From Promethearchaeota archaeon (GTDB lineage: Archaea; Asgardarchaeota; Lokiarchaeia; Sigyniarchaeales; SOKP01), in assembly GCA_019894975.1 (NCBI GenBank), contig JAGXNO010000030.1:1-45475 (forward strand): a DNA stretch of 45,475 nucleotides. Direction: 5' to 3'. Shown piece after piece: positions 19,473 through 29,178 of this stretch. Positions within the stretch are counted from its first letter, which is position 1; each line of letters opens with the position of its first letter. Made by a program: the position numbers and the translations under genes. The notes below the pieces were generated by a model. The model searched no databases. It saw nothing but the letters and a program-made list of their open reading frames with translations, and was not told the DNA's origin.

Positions 19473-19802
19473 TTGCTACTTAAAAATAAGAGAAGGATAG
19501 AAAAAAACTATTTAATTCTTCTACCTCCTCAAAAGAACCAAGAAGTAGTAAATAAATATCTGCAACTAATGCAAGATCCGGGTATGCCTTCATCCGTTAA
19601 ATCATTTAAGATTTATGGGAAAACAACTAAAGATGGTACTCAGTCAAAATCATATCTAGAGGTTGAACCAGGGAAATTAAATGATGCGTTTACTGATCTC
19701 GGCGTGATTATGGCAGCATTTCTTGAAATAGAAGGATATAGATATGAATTTGGTATTGCACTTTCTGTAGAAGAATCTCTGGCCGCTCTTCAACAAGGAT
19801 AA
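19473..19802 (+). CDS. Small hypothetical protein (~100 aa, ferredoxin-like/dimeric alpha-beta barrel pattern); start uncertain
   Basis: PxKxxEVxxKYL...EVEPGKLxxA...FxxIEGYRYE...SVEE pattern; normal codon usage; followed by a T-tract. Confidence 0.7.
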   Translation: MLLKNKRRIEKNYLILLPPQKNQEVVNKYLQLMQDPGMPSSVKSFKIYGKTTKDGTQSKSYLEVEPGKLNDAFTDLGVIMAAFLEIEGYRYEFGIALSVEESLAALQQG

Positions 19803-19840
19803 AATTAGGAGGGGGGTAAAATATTTCCATTTTAAATTCA

Positions 19841-19850
19841 TTTTTTTTTT
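19841..19850 (+). terminator. Oligo-T terminator after the small hypothetical gene
   Basis: Run of 10 T about 40 nt after the stop. Confidence 0.4.
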
Positions 19851-19992
19851 AAAATTACTTATTTTAAGGCATTTATCTGGTTAATATGTGTTAGATCACT
19901 TTTTTTGGATATGTTCAGTAAAAGTCTGACTTCAAGATGATGAATAAATAATTCAATAAATTTTAAATCAGATCTACATAATTTTCTTTGAG

Positions 19993-21369
19993 ATGAAATT
20001 TTTACCTAAAAAGGAGTCATTGAAACTACATAAAGTTCCAGAATGGTTTCATGATGCAAAACTTGGTATTTTTATACACTGGGGCCTTTTTTCCGTTCCT
20101 GCTTTTGCTGCCGAAAAACTAACTTTAGATGAGTCCCAAAAAAGAGGAACAAATACACATATGAAGAATAATCCTTATGCTGAATGGTATTTAAATTCAT
20201 TAAGAATTGAGGGAAGCCCTACTCAACACTTTCATAATGAAAGCTATGGGGATGATTTCTCTTATGATAGATTTGCTGAGATTTTTAATGAAGAGATAAA
20301 AAAGTGGAATCCTGCTGATATGGTTGACCTCATCAAAAAGGCTGGTGCGAAATATGTTGTGCTAGTGACAAAACATCATGACGGATTCCTCCTCTGGCCA
20401 AGTAAATATCCAAATCCCAAGAAAGATAATTACATTGCGAGCAGAGATATCGTTGGTGAACTTACTGAAGTTGTAAAACAACAAGGATTGAAGATGGGTT
20501 TATACTATTCAGGGGCATTAGATTGGTCTTGGAATCCGAACCCAATAATAGATAATGAAAGTTGGCGAGTAAATGGTCCAAGTGAAATTGAATATACAGA
20601 ATATGCTAACAATCATTGGTATGAGTTAATTGATGAATATGATCCTATTATTTTATGGAATGATATAGGATATCCACCCAACACAAATGTTTATGAAATT
20701 TTTGCATATTTCTATAACAAACACCCTGATGGCCTAATCAATGACAGATGGATACAATATCACAAATCTGATTTTGATCATCCTCCAGTTAGACATAGGG
20801 ATTTTGCGACTCCAGAATACAGGATGATGGAAGATATAACTGATTTAAAGTGGGAAAGTACTCGTGGCATAGGTTATTCGTTTGGTTATAATAAAATGGA
20901 AACAGAGAAAGACTATTTACGTCCAGATGAATTAATTCGAATGTTCATTGATATAGTAAGTAAAAATGGAAATCTACTCCTTAATCTGGGTCCCACGGCG
21001 GATGGAACGATTCCAGAACTTCAAAAGAAAGCCATATTAGGGCTTGGGAAATGGCTTGAAATAAATGGGGAAAGTATTTATGGAACTCGACCTTGGAATA
21101 GGGCAGAAGGAAAAACATTGGATGATATGGACCTGAGATTTACACAGAAAGGTGAAACCATTTATATACATTTATTTGATAAACCTAAAAATAAGGAAAT
21201 TATAATTGAATCATTAGAAGTTCATATTGAAACAAAAATTCAACTTTTAGGTCATGATAAATATTTATATTGGACTCAATTAGGGGAAAACTTGCAAGTC
21301 ATATTTCCCGAGAGTTTTAAAGAATCTCCTGTATATGTTTTCAAGCTTGTGCCTAAAACAAAAGTCTAA
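19993..21369 (+). CDS. Alpha-L-fucosidase (GH29), second paralogue
   Basis: PEWFHDAKLGIFIHWG, KHHDGF, LWNDIG, WESTRG, SFGYN, VSKNGNLLLNLGPTADGTIP, NGESIYGTRPW; TTTTAAAT box 24 nt upstream. Confidence 0.95.
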   Translation: MKFLPKKESLKLHKVPEWFHDAKLGIFIHWGLFSVPAFAAEKLTLDESQKRGTNTHMKNNPYAEWYLNSLRIEGSPTQHFHNESYGDDFSYDRFAEIFNEEIKKWNPADMVDLIKKAGAKYVVLVTKHHDGFLLWPSKYPNPKKDNYIASRDIVGELTEVVKQQGLKMGLYYSGALDWSWNPNPIIDNESWRVNGPSEIEYTEYANNHWYELIDEYDPIILWNDIGYPPNTNVYEIFAYFYNKHPDGLINDRWIQYHKSDFDHPPVRHRDFATPEYRMMEDITDLKWESTRGIGYSFGYNKMETEKDYLRPDELIRMFIDIVSKNGNLLLNLGPTADGTIPELQKKAILGLGKWLEINGESIYGTRPWNRAEGKTLDDMDLRFTQKGETIYIHLFDKPKNKEIIIESLEVHIETKIQLLGHDKYLYWTQLGENLQVIFPESFKESPVYVFKLVPKTKV

Positions 21370-21412
21370 ATGGAAACAAATTGATTGGGGGATAGAAAAT
21401 AGTAATTTTCTC

Positions 21413-21607
21413 TTAACACCTTAATAAATAAAATATATAAAGTGCTGTTGGAGTGAGGAAACCTACTAAAAATCCAAAACCAAACATCCTAATATCGCCA
21501 ATTATAGATAATACTATTCCACCTATTAGTCCACATATACAACATGCAATAATATAGATTATAAATTTCTCTGATAAACTCCTTCCTTCTTTCTCATCAG
21601 CCCGCAC
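21413..21607 (-). CDS. Small membrane protein (2 TM helices), hypothetical
   Basis: Two hydrophobic Gly-rich segments; fills an intergenic gap; GTG start uncertain. Confidence 0.55.
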   Translation of the reverse strand: MRADEKEGRSLSEKFIIYIIACCICGLIGGIVLSIIGDIRMFGFGFLVGFLTPTALYIFYLLRC

Positions 21608-21737
21608 ATCAAATTTTCATTTTCACTCAAATTATTCTCTTATCCTCTCATTTTAATTTATTTCAAATTCATAAAAACCAGAACCGATACTATAAACAAC
21701 ATAATTATTAAATTGTTTGAGGATTGCTCAAACTGAA

Positions 21738-22172
21738 TTATAAATTTTGTAAGAAATCATTTATAACTGAAGTTATTGCTTGAAAATCCATGAGTTCTTC
21801 ACCACTACCTTCAAATGAAACATCTCCAGCCTTATGGGCACTTGAAATTTCGATATGACCAAATAGTATCCCTGAAAAAACGTTCATGGTAGTAGTAAAA
21901 CTTAAAGTTGGTTCTTCAATATCACCTTCCCCAAAATCAACTTTCCCTTCCTTGAATTCTAACCAAAATTTCTTATTTTCATCAGAAATTATAATTTTAC
22001 CTAGAAACTCCATGTCTAACATTGCCATATCTTCGAATTCCTCTTTTAATTCCTTTTTTTCTGAAGATATTTGTTTATAAACTTCTAATAACTGGAGTGT
22101 ATCATCAGCAGTAACAGTTCTACTTTCGTTTAATTTGGATTTAACATTGTTTAACAAGTCTTGATTTACCAT
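21738..22172 (-). CDS. SCP2 sterol/lipid-binding domain protein
   Basis: FWLEFKEGKVDFGEGDIEEPTLSFTT..FSGILFG..SAHKAGDVSFEG. Confidence 0.85.
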   Translation of the reverse strand: MVNQDLLNNVKSKLNESRTVTADDTLQLLEVYKQISSEKKELKEEFEDMAMLDMEFLGKIIISDENKKFWLEFKEGKVDFGEGDIEEPTLSFTTTMNVFSGILFGHIEISSAHKAGDVSFEGSGEELMDFQAITSVINDFLQNL

Positions 22173-22346
22173 TTAAATCATCTCTCTTTTAATTAATTAA
22201 TTAATAAACAATATAAAAGAAGAATTAATTAAATATTTTCATTAAAATATTTCTCACTATCATTTCTTAATTTGGAACATTAATTAATGACTCTATCCAA
22301 ATTAAATTAAAAATAAAATTTAAAAAATTCAACCAAGTGATAAATA

Positions 22347-23585
22347 ATGAGGAAAGTAGCTATAATTGGAGTAGGAATTACTCCATTTAAAACAAGATAT
22401 TTAGATAAGACTTATTTCGAACTTGCTTATGATGCAACTAAATCAGCGCTAGAAGATGCTAATAAAAACGGTGCTGAGATTACACATAAAGAGTTAGAAT
22501 CAACGGTATATGGTATATACAACGAGCTTTTTGAACGACAATTTATGCCTGATATTTTTATAAATAGTTATATTGGTATGAACGACAAACCTGGAACGCG
22601 AATTGCATCAGGTGGGGCTACAGGAGGTTATACTGTAAGAATGGCATATGCAGAAGTTGCATCTGGACTCTCAGATTTATGTCTATGCCTTGGAGTGGAG
22701 AAATGCAATGATTGTTATGATGAACAAACCGGGACCACTACACCTGAAGTACTTAACTCTATAGCTTATTCGGCAGATATGACATATGAGTATCCAATGG
22801 GAATGATGGCAGCAAGTTCTTATGTAAGTATGGTAAATGCTCATTTTGAAGAATTTGGAAATCCTACAGAAGAACAAATGGCACTTGTGTCAGTAAAAAA
22901 TCATGGTAACGCGATGAATAATCCTAAAGCTCAATCACCAATGAAAATCACAGTAGAAGATGTATTGAATTCAAGAATTATCTGTTACCCATTTAAGTTG
23001 TTGGATTGCTGCTTATACTCAGAAGCATCGGCAGCGTTAATTTTAGCAAGTGAAGAAAAAGTTAAGGAATTAAAAGTCGAAAATCCAATTTGGATAACAG
23101 GGGTCGGTGCTGCAAATACAGATTGTTTTATAGGGAATCGGGAAGATATGGGGAGATTATATTCAAATATCCATGCGGCAAAAGCGGCATATAAAATGGC
23201 AGGATTAAAATATGAGAAAATTAAAAGTCAAATTGATTTGGCAGAATTACATGATGCTTTTTCTGGTCAAGAAGTTATATCTTACGAAGAATTAGGTTTT
23301 GTATCATTCGGGGAAGGTGGAAAATGGATTGAATCAGGAGGTCCATTAATAGACGGTGAAGTGCCATGTTGTCCATCAGGAGGGCTTATCGGATGTGGCC
23401 ATGCGGTTGGGGCAACAGGAATTATGTCTACGGGAGAAGCTGCTCTTCAATTAAGAGGAGATGCGGGAAAACATCAAGTAAAAACGATTGAGAATGGAAG
23501 AGCTATTTCTCATTCGATTGGAGGCCCTGGGGCTGCATACGCTGCTATAATTGTAATGGAAAATGAGGAGGGAATGAAAAAATAA
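22347..23585 (+). CDS. Thiolase-superfamily protein (SCP-x/Ltp2-like, archaeal type) lacking the N-terminal catalytic Cys
   Basis: VAIIGVG, VKNHGNA..NPKAQ, ELHDAF, GGLIGCGHAVGATG, QLRG; SGGATGG where CASG is typical. Confidence 0.9.
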   Translation: MRKVAIIGVGITPFKTRYLDKTYFELAYDATKSALEDANKNGAEITHKELESTVYGIYNELFERQFMPDIFINSYIGMNDKPGTRIASGGATGGYTVRMAYAEVASGLSDLCLCLGVEKCNDCYDEQTGTTTPEVLNSIAYSADMTYEYPMGMMAASSYVSMVNAHFEEFGNPTEEQMALVSVKNHGNAMNNPKAQSPMKITVEDVLNSRIICYPFKLLDCCLYSEASAALILASEEKVKELKVENPIWITGVGAANTDCFIGNREDMGRLYSNIHAAKAAYKMAGLKYEKIKSQIDLAELHDAFSGQEVISYEELGFVSFGEGGKWIESGGPLIDGEVPCCPSGGLIGCGHAVGATGIMSTGEAALQLRGDAGKHQVKTIENGRAISHSIGGPGAAYAAIIVMENEEGMKK

Positions 23586-24079
23586 TGAGTGATAAATTTC
23601 AAGCACATGAAATTAGAGACATAATTAAGATAAATTATAAATATACGATGGGTGGACAATCTAAGTTTTTTTTAGAAATTATGAAAAATAAAAAGATTCT
23701 AGGTGCAAAATGTACAAAATGCGGGAAAGTTTGGATGCCACCAAGAATAAATTGTTCAGATTGTTATGTCCCCGCTGATTGGTATGAAGTTAAACACACA
23801 GGTATAATTGAGGTAAGTACAATAATATGGTATACTACGTCAGCGTTTATTAAAAATATCCCATATGGTACTGCCTATGTTAAATTAGATGGAGCTGATA
23901 CTGCCTTATTACAGGGAATTTTTTCAGAAAATTTAGTTCCCTCAAAGATTAAAAAAGGAAAACGTGTTAAAGCTGTATTTCAAAAAGAAAGAGAAGGAAA
24001 AATGACCGACTTTTTCTTTGTTCCTGAAGATGAATATTTAAATTGGATTAATAAGCCTGAATTTGAGGGAGGAGAATAG
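23585..24079 (+). CDS. DUF35 family Zn-ribbon/OB-fold acyl-CoA-binding protein
   Basis: CTKCG..PPRINCSDC, then an OB-fold (VKLDGAD..RVKAVF); stop/start overlap with the thiolase gene. Confidence 0.92.
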   Translation: MSDKFQAHEIRDIIKINYKYTMGGQSKFFLEIMKNKKILGAKCTKCGKVWMPPRINCSDCYVPADWYEVKHTGIIEVSTIIWYTTSAFIKNIPYGTAYVKLDGADTALLQGIFSENLVPSKIKKGKRVKAVFQKEREGKMTDFFFVPEDEYLNWINKPEFEGGE

Positions 24080-24081
24080 AA

Positions 24082-24453
24082 TTGGAAAGAGCACAAGATA
24101 ATTTAGTGAAAATCGTAAAAAGAATGAATGAAAATCCTAAAGCTCTACAAGTGTTTGTAACTGATGTCGGTGGGAAACCAGTAAATTGGAATACTACCTT
24201 TCAATTTAATTTAGATAATGAAAATCCATTTTATTTAATAATCAATAATCAAAAAATTAGCATTAACGAGGGAACTTCCCAAAAGGCTGATATCGTCATG
24301 TCTGGGGATAATAGCGCAATTACAAAAATTTGTCAAGGAAAAGGCGATTTCACTCATGCTATAAGTCGTGAAGAAATTAAAGTAGAAAATGGTAAAGTTA
24401 TGGATATTATCAGACTCACAAGAGCAATAACAATTGTTTTAAAAACTAAATAA
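24082..24453 (+). CDS. SCP2 sterol/lipid-binding domain protein
   Basis: TFQFNLD..FYLII..INEG..ADIVMSGD..IKVENG. Confidence 0.8.
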   Translation: MERAQDNLVKIVKRMNENPKALQVFVTDVGGKPVNWNTTFQFNLDNENPFYLIINNQKISINEGTSQKADIVMSGDNSAITKICQGKGDFTHAISREEIKVENGKVMDIIRLTRAITIVLKTK

Positions 24454-24478
24454 TATTAATCAAAAATCGTGATATCAA

Positions 24479-25255
24479 ATGGAAGGAAAATTTCTTGAAG
24501 GTAAAGGAGCACTAATTACAGGAGGGGCATCAGGGTTTGGAAGAGGAGCAGCATATACACTTTCAGAAAAAGGAGCAGATGTTGTATTGGTTGATATTAA
24601 CGAGGATCTCCTAGAAGAAACCACAAAAAAAGTGCAACAAACGACAAATAAAAAAATAATCCCGATTGTATGCGATGTTTCAAAATCTGATCAAGTAAAC
24701 GCTATGGCAAAGCAAACTTTTGAAGAATTGGATAATGTATTTATTTTATTTAATAATGCAGGTATGGCAGACTATTCACTACGAGACATAACTAAAGTAA
24801 AAGAAGAAGACTGGGATCGAGTTATGAACGTTAATTTAAAAGGACAATGGCTTGTAGCGAATTCTTTACTAAAAAAAATGAGAAAACAACCGTTTGAACC
24901 TCTTGCTGGAAAAATGATATGTACATCTTCCCAGGGATCTAAGCTATTATCACCAATACTCCCAACATATTGTATATCAAAAGCAGGTGTAAATGCAATG
25001 GCAAAATTATTTGCAAAGGCTCTTGCACCAAAAATCACGGTAAATACAATATTACCTGGTGTTCATACCACGGGTATATATTTAAATTCAGAAGATCTTA
25101 TAAAAACTATGCTTAAAGCGGGAAATACAAGGATCCCTCTGGGTAGGATCGGGACAGTTGAAGATGTAACCAATGTTTTAATGTTCTTAGCATCTCCCGC
25201 TTCAGATTATATTACAGGTCAGGAATTCCTTGTTACAGGGGGTTTAGCTATCTAG
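24479..25255 (+). CDS. Short-chain dehydrogenase/reductase (FabG-like)
   Basis: TGGASGFG, NNAG, YCISK, PLGRIG, YITGQ. Confidence 0.93.
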   Translation: MEGKFLEGKGALITGGASGFGRGAAYTLSEKGADVVLVDINEDLLEETTKKVQQTTNKKIIPIVCDVSKSDQVNAMAKQTFEELDNVFILFNNAGMADYSLRDITKVKEEDWDRVMNVNLKGQWLVANSLLKKMRKQPFEPLAGKMICTSSQGSKLLSPILPTYCISKAGVNAMAKLFAKALAPKITVNTILPGVHTTGIYLNSEDLIKTMLKAGNTRIPLGRIGTVEDVTNVLMFLASPASDYITGQEFLVTGGLAI

Positions 25256-25280
25256 TAGATCTCTGATTACAATTTTAAAT

Positions 25281-26234
25281 ATGAAGGTGAAAGATATTAA
25301 AGTTGCAGCTATCCAAATGAAAGCTGAATTAGGAAATGTTGAGGAAAATTTGAAATCAGCAGAACGGTTAGCGCATAGTGCCTTTAAGCAGGGTGCTGAA
25401 ATGGTGATTTTACCTGAATTTTTTACGAGTGCTGTATGTTTTCATCCAAAAATGTTAGACGTAGTTAGACCTATTAATGGAGAACCAACTCAACTGCTTA
25501 ACAAGCTTGCTAAAGAGTATAATGGGATTATTGGGGGCTCGTTTATTGCTCAGAGGGGCGATGAAAGCTATAATACATTTGTGTTGGCTTTTCCAGATGG
25601 ATCTAATTTTTTCCATGATAAGGATCAACCAACAATGTGGGAGAATTGTTATTACATAGGTGGAACAGATGAAGGTATACTCGAAACAGATATAGGATAT
25701 ATTGGTTCCGTGCTTTGTTGGGAATTTGTACGATCTCGAACTGCTTTACGTTTATTAAATAACGTAGATCTGGTAGTAGGAGGTTCATGCTGGTGGTCAT
25801 TACCAGAACAACCACTTATAGGTACTCCCTCTGAACTTCGAGATAAAACCTTAGAAATGATGGTTGAGACACCTGCTAAATTTGCTCGAATGTTAGGAGT
25901 TCATGTAATCCATGCCGCACATGCAGGAGAATTTAAAGGTGAAATGCCACTTATGCCAGATTTTCAATACAAATCTTATTATGTAGGAGAGACTCAAATT
26001 GTAGATGGGACCGGAAAAATTCTTGCACGTTTGATTCGTGAAGATGGTGAAGGATTTATTACAGCTGATATTGATATTAAAAAAAAGTGGACCTCCACAG
26101 AAACAATTACAGATCGCTTTTGGATACCAGATATGCCAGCTGAACTAAACCAAGCTTGGGAATTACTAAATAATCATGGGGAATCATATTATCGAGAAAT
26201 AACAAAACCATTTAGAAATAATCATCTATTATAA
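25281..26234 (+). CDS. Carbon-nitrogen hydrolase (nitrilase superfamily)
   Basis: E-K-C triad in LPEFF, HDKDQP and LCWEF. Confidence 0.9.
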   Translation: MKVKDIKVAAIQMKAELGNVEENLKSAERLAHSAFKQGAEMVILPEFFTSAVCFHPKMLDVVRPINGEPTQLLNKLAKEYNGIIGGSFIAQRGDESYNTFVLAFPDGSNFFHDKDQPTMWENCYYIGGTDEGILETDIGYIGSVLCWEFVRSRTALRLLNNVDLVVGGSCWWSLPEQPLIGTPSELRDKTLEMMVETPAKFARMLGVHVIHAAHAGEFKGEMPLMPDFQYKSYYVGETQIVDGTGKILARLIREDGEGFITADIDIKKKWTSTETITDRFWIPDMPAELNQAWELLNNHGESYYREITKPFRNNHLL

Positions 26235-26250
26235 AATAAATCTTAAACGT

Positions 26251-27603
26251 TTAACCTAGTAACTCTTGTAAGTTCCTAAACAATTCTGGCAACGTTGGAT
26301 GAGCATGAACTATTTTTCTGAAGAGCGACAATCCATTTGGAAGGTGAATTAATGGTATTATTTCATGGATCAAAATATCGGCATGCTCCCCTATTATATG
26401 GCAACCTAAAATTCGCTCATCATCATTATAGAGTAGTTTCATGATCCCTCTCTTGAGCTTCATTAAATTCCCTCTTGAAGAACGAGGAAATTCAGTCTGG
26501 ATCATTTTATAATCTACACCACTTTCTCTTAATTCTTGTTCTGTCTTCCCAACAGATCCAATTAATGGTTCTGTAAAGACAGCATAGGGAATATTTTCAA
26601 AACTTACTGAAATCTTGTTATCCTCAAAGATATTATGTATCACTATTTTGGATTCCCTTAGAGCCATGTGAGTAAACTGAGTTTTCCCTAAGATATCTCC
26701 AATCGCGTAGATGTTAGGATTAGTAGTTTGGAGGTACTCATTAACAACTATATTACCTCTTTGATCAGTTTCAACACCTGCAGTTTCTAACTTAAGTCCT
26801 TCAGCATTGGCGCTAAAGCCTGTTGATATCATCATTTTTTCTACTTCAATTGTCTCCCCTTTATTAGTTCCTATATTTACCTTATTTGAGGTTTTAGAAA
26901 CCTTCGAAGTTCGTGAATTAGATATGAAAATGATACCATCTTCTTCATAATACTTTTTTATAGCTATTGATATAGTCTCATCCGCTTGGAATATTGGCCT
27001 AGAATTTGTATCAATGATAAACACTTTACTACCGAAAGAATTGAAAACATTTGCGAATTCTAATGAAATAAACCCACCACCTACGAAAGCTATCGACTTT
27101 GGTAGTTTTTTTAGATTAAAGATTGTTTCATGGGTTAAATAGTCAATATCGTTAATACCTTCAATTGGAGGGATCCACGGTTTAGTACCAGTAGATACTA
27201 AAATATTAGGTGCCGTGTAGACCTCATTTCCAACTTCAACAGAGGATTCACTTACACAATGACCTTTCTTCCTGATTAGATCAATATTATCAAATTGAGC
27301 TAGTTGACGGTCATTATCTTGAATAGCATCCTGAACTAGTCTATCAGTATATTCAAGTACTTTATTGAAATCCAACCTCGCTCCTTTAATAGTAACACCA
27401 AATTTTTCGGCATTGATGGCTTGCTTATATAATTTTGCTGCATAAATCATTGCTTTAGCTGGAATACATCCATTTTCTATACATTTACCTCCTAATGCAC
27501 CATCTCCTAACAATAAGATTTTCTTGCCATATCCAGCAGCGATTTTGGCTGAAGGAAAACCAGAAGTACCTGCACCTATAATAATTAAATCATAATCAGT
27601 AAT
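26251..27603 (-). CDS. Dihydrolipoamide dehydrogenase-like pyridine nucleotide-disulfide oxidoreductase (start extended to a probable ATT codon)
   Basis: The frame extends upstream of the track start (27513) to (I)TDYDLIIIGAGTSG. Redox disulfide GGKCIENGCIP, VGGG, YAIGD, HAHPTLPE. Confidence 0.88.
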   Translation of the reverse strand: MTDYDLIIIGAGTSGFPSAKIAAGYGKKILLLGDGALGGKCIENGCIPAKAMIYAAKLYKQAINAEKFGVTIKGARLDFNKVLEYTDRLVQDAIQDNDRQLAQFDNIDLIRKKGHCVSESSVEVGNEVYTAPNILVSTGTKPWIPPIEGINDIDYLTHETIFNLKKLPKSIAFVGGGFISLEFANVFNSFGSKVFIIDTNSRPIFQADETISIAIKKYYEEDGIIFISNSRTSKVSKTSNKVNIGTNKGETIEVEKMMISTGFSANAEGLKLETAGVETDQRGNIVVNEYLQTTNPNIYAIGDILGKTQFTHMALRESKIVIHNIFEDNKISVSFENIPYAVFTEPLIGSVGKTEQELRESGVDYKMIQTEFPRSSRGNLMKLKRGIMKLLYNDDERILGCHIIGEHADILIHEIIPLIHLPNGLSLFRKIVHAHPTLPELFRNLQELLG

Positions 27604-27873
27604 AGTAATGCCTCTCCATCCAATAAGAGATATTTATATTAGAATTGTTATCTTGTTCTTTTAAATTAAATGCTTATTCATTATAAAACATGAAAAAATT
27701 ATTTTAAATATCTAAACCTTTGAAGAAAACTTCAGAAGTATTGGAAAAACTTCGTTTAGATACGGGACGCTATTCCCATATTAACAATGTAAGAAAAATT
27801 TAAATGACAAAGGATTCTACAAATATTAATACTTTAATCAAAATAATATAACCACAGAAAGAGTTAGAGAATT

Positions 27874-29166
27874 TTGGCGCAAAAAAATATTTATGAATAT
27901 GATGCTAAAATGCTTTTAGCAAGAGAACTGCCTAAATATTATCCCGAATTTAAATATCATAATAAATTAGCTATTGCTGAATGTGATACTGATTTAGAAC
28001 AATTAATTAAAGATAATCCATGGATAGAATCAGAAAAAGTAGTAGTTAAACCTGATCAATTATTTGGGAAAAGAGGAAAAGCAAACTTACTTTTACTTGA
28101 TGCTAATTGTGATCAAATGAAACAATTTTGTGTTGATAATTTAGATAGAGTTTGTGAAATTGGGAATATAAGAGGTGCATTAAAACGCCTGCTTATAGAA
28201 CCCTTTATCCCCCATGAGAAGGAATACTATGTCTCTATAACTTCTGATAGGGAAAACGATATAATACACTTTAGTTTTGAAGGTGGTATTTTCGTAGAAG
28301 AAAATTGGGATAAGGTGATTCACATACCTATTCCCCTAGGAACGGACATAAATTCCTTTGATTTAGAAGGAAATTTACCTGACTTGGGAGAATACAAAGA
28401 TGTTCTGATTCCTTTCTTAAAAGGACTATTTCAAGTTTACGTCGATCAAGATTTTGCTTTTTTTGAAATTAATCCATTTGCAATCACTGAAGATAAGGAA
28501 ATTGTTCCCTTAGATGTTAAGGCTCGTTTGGATGATACCGCTCTTTTTCTACATGGTGATACATGGGGAAACGCAGAAAATCCAATAGAATTTCCTGCGG
28601 GATTCGGACAGACAATGTCAGAAGAAGAAGCAATGATTCATGAATTAGATGAAAAAACGGGAGCCTCTCTTAAGCTAACGATTATAAATAGAGAAGGTCG
28701 TGTATGGACTATGGTTGCAGGTGGAGGTGCTTCTGTTATATATACCGACACTATAGTTGATCTTGGATTTGGGAGTGAACTGGGGAATTATGGTGAATAT
28801 AGTGGCAATCCCTCACGTGAACATACAGAAATCTATGCCCAAACAATCATTGATTTAATAACTGAAAAACCCGATCCTCAAGGAAAACCAAAATATCTTA
28901 TAATTGGAGGGGGTATTGCAAATTTTACGGATGTTAAAGCAACATTTACTGGAATTGTAGCTGCTATTAAGAATTCAGTTGATAAGTTGAAGAAAGCAAA
29001 CGTCAAGATATACGTTCGTAGAGGAGGTCCTAACGAAAAGCAAGGACTAGAACTTATGAAACAGGTTGGTGAGGAAACTGGAGTTCCTATTGAAATTTAT
29101 GATCGATATACTCATATGACAAGAGTAGTGGAATTGATAAAAAATACAGAAGAAGGAAAAACCTAA
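27874..29166 (+). CDS. aclB: ATP-citrate lyase, ATP-grasp/citrate-binding subunit
   Basis: VKPDQLFGKRGK, EINPF, GASLKLT, WTMVAGGGASVIY, NYGEYSG, IGGGIANFTDV, VRRGGPN. Confidence 0.95.
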   Translation: MAQKNIYEYDAKMLLARELPKYYPEFKYHNKLAIAECDTDLEQLIKDNPWIESEKVVVKPDQLFGKRGKANLLLLDANCDQMKQFCVDNLDRVCEIGNIRGALKRLLIEPFIPHEKEYYVSITSDRENDIIHFSFEGGIFVEENWDKVIHIPIPLGTDINSFDLEGNLPDLGEYKDVLIPFLKGLFQVYVDQDFAFFEINPFAITEDKEIVPLDVKARLDDTALFLHGDTWGNAENPIEFPAGFGQTMSEEEAMIHELDEKTGASLKLTIINREGRVWTMVAGGGASVIYTDTIVDLGFGSELGNYGEYSGNPSREHTEIYAQTIIDLITEKPDPQGKPKYLIIGGGIANFTDVKATFTGIVAAIKNSVDKLKKANVKIYVRRGGPNEKQGLELMKQVGEETGVPIEIYDRYTHMTRVVELIKNTEEGKT

Positions 29167-29178
29167 AAAAGAGGAGAT

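Noticed and set aside
21608-21630. Possible frameshifted upstream start (TTG AGT GAA AAT...) for the small membrane protein
   Set aside because: Cannot be supported without homologues
26251-27603. Mercuric reductase (MerA) call
   Set aside because: No C-terminal Cys-Cys pair or HMA domain; HAHPTLPE is lipoamide-dehydrogenase-like
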